This document shows, one piece after another, positions 12,343 to 25,399 of a DNA stretch of 64,000 nt. The stretch covers positions 62,001-126,000 of the forward strand of contig QPGO01000042.1 of NCBI GenBank assembly GCA_008632985.1, written 5' to 3'. The notes under the pieces were generated by a model. The model had not been told where the DNA came from. It saw only the letters and a list, made by a program, of their open reading frames with translations, and made no database searches. Position numbers and translations under genes: made by a program. Every line of letters starts with the position of its first letter. Position 1 is the first letter of the stretch. Source of the stretch: Psammoneis japonica (Eukaryota).

Positions 12343-15300
12343 ATGTCGGGAAACGGGTCTAGTTACCAGAAGAACGGAGGTGGGGAGTACAAACCGATTG
12401 AATCTACAGGTGAGAAAGCAGTGGGTCTTTTTGAACTCTTGCTGTCGATAAACACGATGAGGACGTGTTTATAGCTTCTGGGTATTCAACTTATGTGATC
12501 GAGTTTGCAATATGATCTCACAATTTTTCCTTTCTGTCTTCTCGGTTCTCACTGCAGAGTCATCCTTCAGCAATGGCGAAGGTCCGAAATTCAACTGGAA
12601 GAAGATCGGGATCGCAGCGATCTTGATTGCCGCGATTGGATGTGGTGTTTCATTCCTCACCAAACCAAAGATGTCCACGGAAGACATGTCAAAGGTGGCT
12701 GACGTTCCGGTGCGAAGAACGGAAAGCTCCGTCTCTTTGATGATAACGGTACGTTCGTTTGTATCTTTGTACTTATCGGGAATCTTTATTCGCAGCTACA
12801 TTTCTTAACCTTTGCCACTTGCCAAACTTTGTCATCAGGTCGTTATGTCATTGAGGATTTCGATGCCAAACCCACTTGGTCTGGTTTCCTTCCCGGAGTT
12901 GCTGGATACTACGGAAAGCCTGTTTGGTCTTTTTATGTGAACCGTGGACAGGGTATCGCGTCCTTTGGTGTCGAGTCCAAGGATTATCCCATCTACGAAT
13001 TCAACCCCGCCAATAAGGCTTACCAGGTTACCCCATTCACCGGTTTCCGTACTTTTGTGCGTGGTACTAGGACTCTGACTTCGTTTGAGGTAGAGCCATT
13101 CAGCCCATCCAGGTCGCGCAATCTCGATCTTGATTCCTCCACCACCGAAAAGCCAAAGCGTCTCATGTATGTTGGGCCCAACGAAATGGAGATCAAGGAG
13201 ATTGATGCCGCCAACGGTCTCACCACGTCGGTCAAGTACATTGTCTTGCCCGAGGAGGATTTCGCTGCCCTTGTCAGACGCACCAATTTCACCAACACTG
13301 GTACCTCCGACTTGACGCTTTCTCTCCTTGATGGGCTTGCCAAGATTGAGCCCGTCGGCGGAAAGCTCGACGGCAGCCTCAAGTTTATGGGACGTACCAT
13401 TGAGGGTTGGATGGGAGTCTACCACCCGGACTCTACCCTCAACATGCCCTTTTACAAAATGTCCACGGAACCTGGTGATACGGCTTCTGTCAAGGTTGAA
13501 CAAGCCGGCCACTATTGCCTATCCTTCATTGAAACGCCAGACTCCAAGGCGGACCTCTTGCCTATTGTGTTTGACACAAACAAGGTTTTCGGCGAAATGA
13601 CCTCCCTTGAAACTCCCTCGGGCTTTCATGCTTCAAGCGTGGCTGATATCTTGGACGGACATCAGTATGGCGACGCTACTACTTCTTCTGCATTTGCCGC
13701 TGTGGACAAGTTGGTCCTTGCGCCGGGTGAGTCCGTGACCATTGCTTCGTTTTATGGAAAGGCTGAACACATTGACGAGGTACCGGGTCTTGCTGATATC
13801 GTGACCGAGCCTGGATTCGTTGCCGAGAAGTTTCAGCGGGCTCGCACGCTCATCAACGAACTCACCAAGGGTGTTGAGACCAACACGGTCAATGAACTAT
13901 TCAATGGTGCCGTGAAGCAAATGTTCCTTGACAACAGTCTTCGTGGAGGTATGCCGACGATTCTTGGTAACGGAGATGATGATGCCAATTACGATGAAGA
14001 CAAACGCATCAAGGTTTTCCATACCTTTTCTCGTATTCATGGCGATCTCGAGCGTGATTACAATGCTTTCAGCATCGAACCTTCCTATTTCTCTCAGGTA
14101 AGAAACAAGAATGCGATACAATGATTTTTGTAAGAAATTCATGAGTCGTGTCTGATCCAAACGCTGCTGCAACTCTCTCTGATTTTTGCAGGGTCCTGGT
14201 AACTATCGCGATATCGCCCAGAATCGTCGCGACGACGTTACCTTCCAGCCTAGGGTCGGATCGTTCAACATTCAGATGTTTTTGTCTTACATCCAGGCGG
14301 ACGGGTACGAGCCTCTTACTGTTGAAGCCGTTGCGTACTTGATCAAGGATAAGAGTGTTATCAAACAGTTGGCATCCGAGTTGACTGCAGACGCCGAAAG
14401 CGCCAAGGGTGAGTGACTATGCTGGACCGAGAATCGGGTATTATCGTTTTCGTCTTACTCTTGGTGTTCAGAGTTCCTCACCCATTTTTGTGATCCCTTG
14501 CTCTATTTTATTTTGCAGTTCTTGGTGATGTGCTGTCGGGAGGACCTTTCCGTCCAGGACAGATGTTTGAGCTCGTTGAAATGCTCAATATTACCGTTGC
14601 TGTGGAGAAAGATGAGTTCATCAACACGCTTGTCGGAGCCTCGGAAGATAGATCCATGGCTGTATACGGTACAGGATACTGGGCCGATCATTGGGATTAC
14701 TACGTTGATCTTATTGAATCTTACACCACGATCTACCCAGACGGTGAAGAGGCACTCATGTACGACAACGAGCTTCGTTACTTCTTCTCCACGGCCACGG
14801 TGAAACCGAGATCCCAGAAGTATGTCCTCACACTCACCTTCACTGGAAAGGGAAAGCACGTTCTACAGCTAGACTCAACTTACTTTGATTCCGACAAGGC
14901 TGCTGAACAGGAGGCCTTCTTTGATCCAGAGACGGGTCTCACGTCTATTGACGCGAACTGGCAGCGCACCAGCGAAGGCGTAGCCTTCAAAAGTACACCC
15001 ATCGCCAAGCTCTTCTTGCTAGGGGCCATCAAATTTGCAATGCGTGATGCTTATGGCATGGGAATTGAGTACGAAGGCGGACGTCCAGGCTGGAACGACG
15101 CGATGAATGGTTTGCCTGGTATGGTGGGAAGTGGCATGCCGGAAACCTACGAGTTGTACCTCCTTTTGAAATACGTCAAGAAGGTCGTTAGTACATATCA
15201 ACGCTCGATTGTGATTCCGGCCGAGCTTCAAAAGATGCTGAAGGTGGTTGAGGGTGCATTGGACGATCTCGAAGAAAGCGGATTCGAGGAACCCGAGGAT

Positions 15301-16434
15301 CTTCCTCTTGATGTTCCCAAAGAGCTATTCTATTATTGGGACGTTGTGGCTGCTGCACGGGAGAATTACCGCAACGACGTGCAATACTACTTCTCGGGCA
15401 ACACCACGGAACTCAGTGCCAGCGAGGTGACATCTATGATTGATCGCTGGCTCGAACAAGTTGAAATCGGCATGGAGCGCGCCATGAAGATGGGCAGTCA
15501 AGGGTTTGGGGACGACGGCACATCTGGCGTGCCCCCGTCTTATTTTTCTTATGACATCACCAAGTACGAGCTGAATGAAGAAAAGAATGAAGTCGGTCTT
15601 CCGTGTGTGAACGCCCAAGCCATGCGAGTCGGTCGCTTCCCGTCGTTCCTCGAGGCGCCTGTGCGCTACATGAAGACAGTCACTGACGACAAGAAGAAGG
15701 TGAAAGATATGTATGAGAAGGTTCTGAAGTCTGGTCTTAGAGACGAAAAGCTCAAGATGTACACCCTGTCGGCTAGCTTAAAGGGCCAGAGCTATGACAT
15801 GGGCCGAATGATGGCCTTTTCTCCAGGTTGGCTTGAGAACGAGTCAATCTGGACCCACATGTCCTACAAGTACTATTTGGAGCTCATCCGCGGAAAGTTG
15901 TACGATGAATTCTTTTCGGAGATGAAGCACGGTGGTATTTTGCCGTTCATGGATCCTGATGTGTACGGCCGTTCTCTGATGGAGTGTTCTTCCTTCTTGG
16001 CTTCTTCTGCCTTCCCCAATCCAGAGATGCACGGCCGTGGCTTCCTTGCACGTTTGAGTGGTTCGACGGCAGAGTTCATGAGTATGTGGAAGCTTATGTT
16101 CATTGGACCTGAACCATTCTTCCTTGACGAGGATGGTGAACTCCAGATGCAGTTGGTTCCTGCTCTTCCTCTTTGGCTTTTCGACGACGGCGAGGCAGAG
16201 CCGATGTTAGACGACGACGACAATCTCACCATCGGATTCACGCTTTTTGCGAAGATTCCTGTAACGTACCACAACTCAAAGGGAACCCATTTGTATGGCG
16301 AACCTGCCTCTGGATACAAGGTGACGATGGCCGACGGCAAGGTTTTGGACATCAAGGGTCCCACGATCCCGACGGAAACGGCGAAGGAGATCCGCAAGTT
16401 GGTAAATGTTGAATCAATCGATGCGTTCTTCTAG
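12343..16434 (+). CDS. GH161-like beta-1,3-glucan phosphorylase with N-terminal membrane anchor
   Basis: FLPGVAG..GKPVWSFYVNRGQGIASFG, FSRIHGDLERDYNAF, GNYRDIAQNRR, QADGYEPL, GYWADHWDY, EGGRPGWNDAMNGLPG, AFSPGWLENESIW.HMSYKY, RLSGSTAEF. Introns ~12410-12557, 12749-12838, 14098-14191 and ~14409-14518; frameshift near 12710. Family assignment is from recalled motifs. Confidence 0.75.
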
Positions 16435-16627
16435 AGAGACTGTCTCGTTTTTTGTGACTGTTGGATTTTTTGGTGTTCATGCGATGACTCTACACAGCTT
16501 AAGTTTCACTCTATAGTATCTGTTGCGTCGTTATCGCTTACAAGTCAAAGTACCGGTACTGTGCGACAATCGGAATACGGTATCGCTACTTTTCATTATT
16601 CGTTGAACACATACGTACACGTTCCAG

Positions 16628-18028
16628 TTACGCTTCATCCATAGCTTCGGTGTTATTTCCGAACTCCATCAACATGCGATTCACTTCTTCTAGTTGTGCT
16701 GACACATTCTGCAGTTCTTGCCGAGCCTCGGAGTCGTCCCCCGCATCCATCTCTACCACTTGCTCCTGTAGACTCTCCTTCACAATCAGGAGCATTTCCT
16801 TTGCTCTCTCCCAGTATTGACACGCCACTGCTGTATCCGGTGGATCCAGTTCAACGAATGCACAGCCAAGAATATACCAGATTTCGACAACCTCGTCGTT
16901 CTCCGCAATCAAGCTCCCGAGAACTTGGATGGACGCTAGCACACATTGTTGACGTTGAGAATTAACACTGGTAGATTCATCTGATGTTTTGAGTAACGAC
17001 GCGCATTCAAGCAGTAATTTCGAAGTCTGGACACGGAATTCAAATCCGGGAGACTGTTCGCAGCATCGACCTCTATCAGCTCGTTGTCCCGTCCGTCGCT
17101 ACCTAGTCCAACTAACGCAGCAAGTGCCTCGCACCCAGTTTTGATTTTAGCATAAACGGCCAATATGTGATCCACAGCTTCCGTCCCTCGACTTTGTGAT
17201 AGTCGCAGGCTCGCTAAGGTCTGAAGAGCGTCAGTGAGGGGCTGACCGTCGGCAGGATCAGTGACCTTCAATGCAGATTGCAGGTGCGACTCACATTCTT
17301 CCTCAGCATTTTCTCCAAAACACAAGTCAGTCAGATACAACTCTGCGACGGAGCAGTAGGCACCGCAAAGCTGTTTCCTGTCGCGTTGCGCACCACCAGA
17401 AACAAAAAAAAATGAGGCTGCAAAAACCACGAAGCGAGTTCAAACCTGTTTAAAGCAACTCACTGAGTTTCAAATAATGCTTGCTCGTGAGTAGTTCCGT
17501 CATCCATTTTGTCATTTCCGTCGTTGCTACTCTTGCTACAAATTGATTCGCGGAGAGCGACACTTGACTCCAACTGCTGAATTCCCGGTTTTGTAAGCTG
17601 CCAGTGCCTCTTCATCCGAACTCAACTGACCAAAAAGAAGTGCAGACTGGCTCTAGACTCGTACAGCTCTATCTGGGCGAAATCAGCTGCATTTTCATCC
17701 AACGAGATGGAACTTAGAAGTTCAATCGCTCTGCCGAAATCTTGTCGCGCACCATCTGGATCTCCCATGGATACCTTTACTTCCCCCAGCTTTCCCAGGA
17801 CTTTTGCAAATTTCAATATTGTTTCTGATCGACTCTCACTATTGTCAAGCTTCAATCCAATTTCCCTTGAAGCATGTTCGCAGCAGTTTTATAAAGATTC
17901 GCAGCATTGGACAAGTCAAGCGACTCTAAAGAAGCGTCGGCTTCAAAGATTAATTCGTCCGGTGTGCTTTCCTTTTGATTCTTTTTTCTGCGCTCTTTTT
18001 TCTTTGTAGATTTCGACCTTTTCTTCAT
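16628..18028 (-). CDS. TPR protein, ACL4-like (assembly chaperone of RPL4)
   Basis: YCSVAELYLTDLCFGENAEEECE, ALQTLASLRLSQ, ENDEVVEIWYILGCA; fragmented by an intron and several frameshifts. Confidence 0.75.
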
Positions 18029-18484
18029 CGCGCTTGCAGTGGATGGATGGGATTCGATTAGCGAAATGTAGACTGATTGAAGGATATCAAGTTAGTTGCT
18101 GGTTGCTCCTACCAGTAGTAGTAGTAGAGTATAGACTACTTTGTTCGACGACACCTCTCAGACTCTCAGCATTCCATTCTCATGAGCCATGAGCATTCAC
18201 CATTCCCATCGCCATACCAAACGTACCCCACAAGCTCGTCCATCCGCTGGATTGAGCGAGCCTGGACGGTCTGACAGACGTCAAGGCAAATCTCGCATCG
18301 CATCGCATCGCTACTGTATCTCGCAACGAGCGAGCAAGACGAAGTAAAAGAAGTCCGACACAAAGGAAGAGGCAAGAGGTGTTTTGTGTGGTTTTGTGAG
18401 CTGTGGTGCGGACAAGTGACTGCTGCGGCGGAGGAAACTAGCCTGTGACGCACTATCTATAAAAGGGATTTTTCAATCGAAACC

Positions 18485-21400
18485 ATGAAGTCAAGAAAAA
18501 CTAAAATTTCATGTTCATCAGAAGGAACGTCAGAGATCAATGCACTTCAAGCATGGGTGCGGTCTTTGACGGAAGATGAGCTTGTGCGAGCTATGGAATT
18601 TCGTTTCAACGTCGACGATGACACAAATGGACTAAGCCACGAATATGAGATCCTCAGTCAAATGGTAGAGCTGCAACCACCCCCCAAAACCCCAGTCCAT
18701 CCACGGGCACTTGGCTTCAAACCTGCAACAAATCTGGGAGCAACCGACGGGAAAAATGAAGAAGAGAGAACGAGAAAAGATCGTTTTAGGCGCCCAAGAC
18801 TCTTTAAGTTCACCGAACGAGACAGCAAAAATTTTCCCGTAAGGACGGGGCGTTCAGGATCTGGAGTAAGACGAAACAGACTAAAAAATTCTCGTCGTGC
18901 TAGCAGTAGGTACGAAGTTTTGGCCAGAAAGTTCGTGACAAATTGGGGGGAGGTTTTAAGTGTGGGGTGTACAAGCGAGGAGCAAGACGCCGATGAATAT
19001 ATCTTGGATGGAACGGGTGTCAGACAGGGCAGTGATTTAAACTCATTGTACTGCACTTTCACAGCTTCAACCCATGGCAAGACCAAGTCGATACATCGGA
19101 TGCTGCAGGTAGCGTCTCGCGGAAAGTTTCTATCTCTCCCTTTAGACAAATCGAAAAGCGGCCATATAATAGCATTTTGTGCCCCATGGTTGGATCCCAT
19201 AAACGACTTTGTCTCGTTGCCGATGTACCTCGCCAGCCGCTTCGAGGTTGCCCTGTGGGAATCCTACCGAGTGCGCCAAAATGAGACCCATTTATCTCTC
19301 CGGGAAAACTCACCATTCAACAAACTTCCAAAAGAAACGATCCAACGTGCTCTTTGCAAAGCCGTTGTAGCCAGTCTCTCTAATGATATCCTTCGTGCCC
19401 CATCCTTAGCTCAACTACGAGATAGTATGTTGTGGAATCTTCTCGACACTCGTTTGAACAATCTGCTTTCTTACGAAGCGTCGGCGGCTCATTCTTTGGA
19501 TGAAATAAATATAACGCCGCTATTAGAAATAGGAACAAAGACAGCAGACCTTCGGAGGCTCATACAGAAGCATATGCAAGAATCATTGACTCTTGAGCTA
19601 CAGAGTGACTTGATTCGGAGTCTCGGGAACGAGAGACAGGCGTCAAACGGCGGTGAGGTCCCAGCGAGGAGGAGGAGGCCGAAGAAAAAGAAAAGAAATA
19701 GGCGGCGCAGTGTCCTCCCTGTCGTTCACGAAGAGAAGAAGACTTCCTGTGCGAGTAAGAGCACTGCGGAAGTGCGTGAAGGTGAGGAATCATCCGATGA
19801 TGGTATAGAAAACTTCTGTCGCGGAAGACAAGCTGTACCACCCACTTTGCCCTCCAAAAATCGAAACAGGAATACCATTACTGTGCTGATGCTACTCGAC
19901 GAGGTAGTTGATTCTGTTTTTGAACGTGTTGGCCTGAGTGTATCATCTGATGACTGCTCTGGCCGTGAAACGAGTTTAACGGGAGAGCGGGAAACGCGTG
20001 CTTTTCATGAAGGCGGGAGCTCTGTAGCAGTTTCAACTGAACGCGAAGTAGGTGTCCCGTTCGATTCTGGAGGAGAGAGGGATGATTTAAATGAAAGGAC
20101 TTCCCCTGCTATTGGCCAGGATGGTTATTGTGACGGGCCAACTTCTGGCGTACTTGACCCCACTTCACCGGTCGTTCAGCCCCGTCTATTCTCCGAGGAG
20201 GACGACGAAGTGTTGCAACGCAGATTACCCCACGAATACGGTTCCTATGATTCCGATTTGTTCGGATTCACGCCTTCCAACCTGTCCTTTGACTTCAACT
20301 TTCGTCGCTATCAGTATAGAGAGGAGTCTCTTTTCACCGATTTGTTCCTTAGCGCTGAGGACTCCGAGGATCCTGATGATATGCTTCTGGCGTCGTCCAC
20401 AGTGGCGAGCATTGCTTCCTCTAGCGGTATTGATGAGTATGATTCAGTGGAGGGGGAAGCGAATGATGACGTCGTCCCGGTGTCTGATACTCGGGGGAAA
20501 AGCTCACATCTACTTGTACGAGAATCCGATGACAAAGGCTCTGTCTCCGAAAGAAACATTGCATTGAACAATGACCTCGCTACTCTTAACAATGACGTGC
20601 ATCAGGATTTGTTAGTCGAGAAAGGAACCATCATACTCGAGTCCTCGGAAAAGATAGACGATACAGCATCTGAGAACGTACCCCAGTATGAAAGCCCCCC
20701 GCGATCACCGCCACTCAAACCGCCCAAGACTCCTCCACCACAATTGTCACCAATACTAGTATCTCTCGCCGACCTCAAGAATCTCCGGAGGCGCACTACG
20801 GCAGGCCATTCCGAAAGCCTTGGTTCTAGTACTCCGAAGGATCCTGCATCTAAGGCGTTCGTGGCAGGGAGCTTGCCAAGCTCGCCCATGACAACAGTAA
20901 ACAATGGGCTTACCCCAAGCTGGTCACGGGAGGACCTTCGGATTTCTTCGTCTACTGATGAGAAAAATTTACGAAGGAAAGGTCAGGGTGAGAAAAAGAG
21001 AAACGCTGCTGCAGCGTCGTTGAATGTTCGCTTGCCTGCTGGGTCTGATGAAGGGTTTCGCGATTTGAAGGGTCCTTCGAATTTTGAAAAACGTTCTCAC
21101 ACCAGCAAAGAAGAGAAATGGAACCACAACGATTCTTGCGTTCAAAGCGAAAGCCGTGAAGAGAGTCAAAACTGCAATTTGGGCTCAAAGGTGCAGAATA
21201 CGGACGAAACGGATAACATGACATCAATAAAGGATGGGTCTACGACAATTTCATCTGCTGTATCAGCGCATGATCCTGAAGACATTCCCTCACTGCGTGA
21301 AGAGCGAAACTCATTTAGAGACATGTGCCTCACTCTGGGGGCCGAAGTTGCAATGCTGAGGAACCTTCTCGCAGCCGAGAAAGGAACCAAGTTCTACCCA

Positions 21401-23032
21401 TCGGCAGATTATTCAGACGGGTATCCTGTTTACGGCCATTCGCCGCATAGTCCCGGTGTGCCTCCTTTGTTCCAAGGTATCCCTACCGGTATGACATCTA
21501 GTCGGACTGTTGCTGCACTGAGCGATGCAGGCATTCATAGGGGCGACCAGGAGTCTATCAATGTAAGCGAGGACGGTACGGATATTGTCGGCCCTCACGA
21601 CAACCCCGGCAATCTTAGAGCCGTGCACCTTCGTCGAATGGACTCGGCGACGTTCCCGGGTTCAGATGCGTCGCTTGAACATACCGTGTCAGCGGCAAGC
21701 GACTTTCGCACTTTGAACAGGGAAGCTTTTGGTTCTGTTCCTTCTCACGGACTCCATTCGCGACTGACGAAAGATATTATGAACTTCATTCATTCCACAA
21801 GTTTGCAGTTGAGGAAACAAAGCGGAAGACGGAGACTGGCAACCGAAAGATTGACACGTCTTATCAAAACCTTGTGGCCCAGAGCCCAACTGAAGCTTTA
21901 TGGAAGCCACGTGTCCGGAAACTGCTTGCCTTCCTCTGATTTAGATTTTGTTATTTGTCTTCCGGCAGTACACAAGAATGCCCCGGCGGTAGCTCCGGGC
22001 GTGCTTGAAGGGATGAATGCTATTAATGAAACGTCTCAGAAACTGCTTGCAAGGAAACTGAAGGGTGAATCGTGGATCGATCCCAATTCGATCAAAATTG
22101 TGGAGCGCACAGCGGTTCCTGTCATAAAGGTCTCGACGAAGGATTCTCGTTCCAGAATGCTTCAACTCGATATCAGCTTCGATGGACCAGAACATCGTGG
22201 CTTACCCGCTATTGAGTTGGTGAAGACAATGATGCAGGAGCTTCCAATGATCCGTCCTCTGCTACTTGTACTGAAACAATTTCTTCTTGACAGAGGTCTC
22301 TTGACGGCATTCACTGGAGGCCTGTCGTCACATTGCCTCTTTCTACTGATAGCGAGATACTTACAGGAACAGCCATCATCGTGGGGCGATTGCGGCTCGT
22401 TGCTCATGGGTTTTCTGGACTTCTACGGAAATTCCTTTGATCCAAGAGCTACTGGAGTCAGTGTAAGTCGACGACAGTATTTTTCCCGGTCGAATTGCGT
22501 GCCCTACCCCCCGGGCCCACAAATGTGGAACATGCCGCACACACCTCGTGGAATTCCGAGCCCCGGACCACCGATTGGTGATAGCGCTGACTTCCTTCGA
22601 CGGCATAGCTTCAGCGACAAGGCTGGGAACTCAGGAAAAGGCGAAAAAAGCTCAAAGCCCACAGCTGTGCCGCAGGGAATGCGACCACCGAGATTCCAGC
22701 CTCCTTCGAGTTCCACTAGAAAGGCCCCACACCATATATCTACTCACGAAGAGCAGGACCAACATGCGTCGTATGATCACGTCGGGAAACCATACACATA
22801 CGATCCGCTTTTTGTCGAGGACCCTCTAAGCCCCGGCAACAATGTTGGCAGAAATGCTTTCCGAATCTACCAGGTTCAACGAGCGTTTTCTGACGCGCAC
22901 CGTGCCTTGGTCGCCAGTCTCGAGTGGGACATATACTCTACCAACGACTTGCACGATGGAGTGGACTATCCATTGCTTAAGTGTCTCCTCCAAAGTGAAG
23001 ATGCTTTCTACGAGTTGGAAGATCCCAGGTAG
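18485..23032 (+). CDS. Non-canonical poly(A) polymerase / TRF4-PAPD5-like nucleotidyltransferase with long N-terminal low-complexity region
   Basis: Intact 1515-aa ORF; YGSHVSGNCLPSSDLDFV nucleotidyltransferase motif, VPVIK, LDISF, LKQFL..RGL...FTGGLSS, FLDFYG, VEDPLSPGNNVGRNAF (PAP-associated domain). Confidence 0.9.
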   Translation: MKSRKTKISCSSEGTSEINALQAWVRSLTEDELVRAMEFRFNVDDDTNGLSHEYEILSQMVELQPPPKTPVHPRALGFKPATNLGATDGKNEEERTRKDRFRRPRLFKFTERDSKNFPVRTGRSGSGVRRNRLKNSRRASSRYEVLARKFVTNWGEVLSVGCTSEEQDADEYILDGTGVRQGSDLNSLYCTFTASTHGKTKSIHRMLQVASRGKFLSLPLDKSKSGHIIAFCAPWLDPINDFVSLPMYLASRFEVALWESYRVRQNETHLSLRENSPFNKLPKETIQRALCKAVVASLSNDILRAPSLAQLRDSMLWNLLDTRLNNLLSYEASAAHSLDEINITPLLEIGTKTADLRRLIQKHMQESLTLELQSDLIRSLGNERQASNGGEVPARRRRPKKKKRNRRRSVLPVVHEEKKTSCASKSTAEVREGEESSDDGIENFCRGRQAVPPTLPSKNRNRNTITVLMLLDEVVDSVFERVGLSVSSDDCSGRETSLTGERETRAFHEGGSSVAVSTEREVGVPFDSGGERDDLNERTSPAIGQDGYCDGPTSGVLDPTSPVVQPRLFSEEDDEVLQRRLPHEYGSYDSDLFGFTPSNLSFDFNFRRYQYREESLFTDLFLSAEDSEDPDDMLLASSTVASIASSSGIDEYDSVEGEANDDVVPVSDTRGKSSHLLVRESDDKGSVSERNIALNNDLATLNNDVHQDLLVEKGTIILESSEKIDDTASENVPQYESPPRSPPLKPPKTPPPQLSPILVSLADLKNLRRRTTAGHSESLGSSTPKDPASKAFVAGSLPSSPMTTVNNGLTPSWSREDLRISSSTDEKNLRRKGQGEKKRNAAAASLNVRLPAGSDEGFRDLKGPSNFEKRSHTSKEEKWNHNDSCVQSESREESQNCNLGSKVQNTDETDNMTSIKDGSTTISSAVSAHDPEDIPSLREERNSFRDMCLTLGAEVAMLRNLLAAEKGTKFYPSADYSDGYPVYGHSPHSPGVPPLFQGIPTGMTSSRTVAALSDAGIHRGDQESINVSEDGTDIVGPHDNPGNLRAVHLRRMDSATFPGSDASLEHTVSAASDFRTLNREAFGSVPSHGLHSRLTKDIMNFIHSTSLQLRKQSGRRRLATERLTRLIKTLWPRAQLKLYGSHVSGNCLPSSDLDFVICLPAVHKNAPAVAPGVLEGMNAINETSQKLLARKLKGESWIDPNSIKIVERTAVPVIKVSTKDSRSRMLQLDISFDGPEHRGLPAIELVKTMMQELPMIRPLLLVLKQFLLDRGLLTAFTGGLSSHCLFLLIARYLQEQPSSWGDCGSLLMGFLDFYGNSFDPRATGVSVSRRQYFSRSNCVPYPPGPQMWNMPHTPRGIPSPGPPIGDSADFLRRHSFSDKAGNSGKGEKSSKPTAVPQGMRPPRFQPPSSSTRKAPHHISTHEEQDQHASYDHVGKPYTYDPLFVEDPLSPGNNVGRNAFRIYQVQRAFSDAHRALVASLEWDIYSTNDLHDGVDYPLLKCLLQSEDAFYELEDPR

Positions 23033-23106
23033 ACTCTTCTGACAAGTAGATTTACTTTTGTGTTCTAAGGTTAAGGTGCAATGCAGCCAATCTGCCAGGT
23101 GGTCTA

Positions 23107-24949
23107 TTACTTGAGAACTTTAAGCAACGCTTCAAATCCTGCATTGTGTTTCTCCCCACGTGACAATGTCCGAATTTTCTTCTTTTGCTTCCCGAGCTTC
23201 TTCTGCACTTCGCCTTGAACTGATTTGACCTGGAGAAGCGCTGTCAACACAAATGCTCCGCGACTAGTACTCCCTACGCCCATCAGGTTGTCACCAAATC
23301 GTCGTAAAAACTCACTGGCAAAAACTGACTCAGTTTCTTCTGAATCGGACAATAGTATACTTTTGATGGCTTTGTGGCCAACCGGGTCCTCAAATATTGA
23401 TAAGGTTCCTTCTTCTTCGTTGGCACCGTTCATCCCCTCTGTCTCACAAGCATCTAGCAAAGCATCTACAACTTCCCGGGAAGCAAACGAAGCATACACT
23501 TCACGCAGCACCCGCGAGCCTTCGATGGAGCGAGCAAGCTCGTTTGCGTGACGGACACACATGTCAATAAGAGGCTTTCTCATGTATTGAAGCAACTCCT
23601 GTCTCCTCGTTTCGGGATTCTTTTTGCTAGTCGGTACGCTTTCACCGGCTTCAATTACTTGTGGATTTGGCCCTAGCATTTCTCGTTCACACGGATCCAA
23701 ATACTTTTGTCGGGCTTCTTGCTTTGAAACCAAGAGCATAAGAAACAGCTTGGAGCCTGACTCATCAAGCGCAATATCCAAAAGAGATGACTTTTCATTT
23801 TCTTCTTCCTTGGGATTACTGAGAATTTCTGCAAAAACACTCTTGTTTACTGATACTGTATCGTCTGTGACCTGGACGATTCGAAGAACTGCCAGGTAAG
23901 CATCGCGATGCAAAAGGGATGATCTGGTGTACCCCTTCAAACTCTTCATTATTCGCTTTCGGTCTTTCGCTGTACCATACGAAGCGCATGCAACAACTAC
24001 ACGAGTTCCAGCTCGTGTCGACAGAAGATGGATTGAGTGATCCACAACATTAGGAGCGAGGGATCGAATTTCGTTCGGTGTCGCAACTGCAACGTACTCG
24101 GAGAATAGTTGCTGAAAGTAGACAAATCCGAAGAGACCTTTATCCATGCCTTTATTGATAATAGATAATACAAAGTCCATCGCCGAATCCTTCTTTTCGG
24201 GAAAGACTTCTAAATTGGATTCCAGCGTCGGATTGGAAGTTTTCAAGTCCGCAGAAGCGAAAAGTGTAAAGTGGGGCCCGTAGAACTCCTGTTTGAGAAG
24301 TGCCGTGGACTTTGAAGGGAAAGTAGAGAACAAGAGTTCCACTACTCGGGAGCCAACAGAATGAACAGCAAGTTTCGGGATGCTTCCCTTCAATGACTGC
24401 AGAACGCGATGTGAGCGATAATATCCAATGTGCCTTTGCACGATGCGTCGGGGCACTCACCTTGACGACGAGACGAACGCACTCCTCGTCGCGGTAACAG
24501 TACTTAATGATTTTCAACAAAAGAAAGTGAGCGTACTGTACTTTTGCCAGCTCTGCCAAATTGGCGGATGCGCACAACTCTTTCACTACCTCCTTTCTCT
24601 GATCCGTCGTTCCAAACTGTACTGCTGCTTGAACCACTCGACTCGCATCGTGCTGAAGAGCAATCTCGTTGACCTTTCCTCGAATAAGTGACATGAGCTC
24701 CTCCATGAGTTCACGAGTCTCTTCTGGAGTGTTGTTTTTCAGCCGAAGCTTGTTCCATATTTCCTTGCTTGCCATCACAGCATCCGCATGCTTTCGGTGC
24801 GACTGCCTCTCGTGCTTGAGAGCGCGTTTCTGACTCGTTGAAGATTGCGTATCATTTTTCAATTTCTTCTTTGACACAGGAGAGACCGATTTGCCCTCGA
24901 CTCCTTTGCGCTTGGCCGGAACACTCCTTTCTTTTTTTGCTTCGGCCAT
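23107..24949 (-). CDS. PUM3: Pumilio-repeat nucleolar protein PUF6/PUM3 (Puf-A, CPL domain)
   Basis: Basic N-terminus; LQHDASRVVQAAVQFG, YGTAKDRKRIMKSLK, VTDDTV, TSKKNPETRRQELL; one intron ~24460-24400. Confidence 0.9.
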
Positions 24950-25399
24950 CTTGAGATCGACTGTTGCTCCTTTTTTTTGTGCTTTTTAGTGTGTGGCTGT
25001 GTCGCTTGATTTGTGAGATTTGGGGGGTCGCGTTTGTTTCTTAGCGCGCGGGGGAAGCGGGAAGTCGCGCCGCATTCGAGCATTGACTGGTTCTCAGCTA
25101 CGGCACCCACTCGTACAGGACTCCTCGTACCTTACGACAGCGCATCCTGCCGCCGCCGCCTGGTGTCGCTTCAGTCATGCTTTCCAAGTCAGATTTTCTG
25201 TTTCTTCTTTGACCTTGTCTTCCCTTTTTCTTTCCCTTCCTTTTCTTTGTCATTTTTGCCCGCTGTGAGAGTTCCTTTTTTTTAGTGTGCCTCTCCTTGT
25301 CAAGAAATGACTCTCGCAGCTGAATTTCGTCGATGGCACTGTTTTTCCCTCAAAAAATGAAGCAGCAGAGGGAGTGTCCTTGCGACGTCGGTTTGACAG

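Noticed and set aside
12835..13512. Long antisense ORFs opposite GH161 (also opposite CCT7 and NDUFS4)
   Set aside because: Typical shadow ORFs of codon-biased genes, with no recognisable domains.
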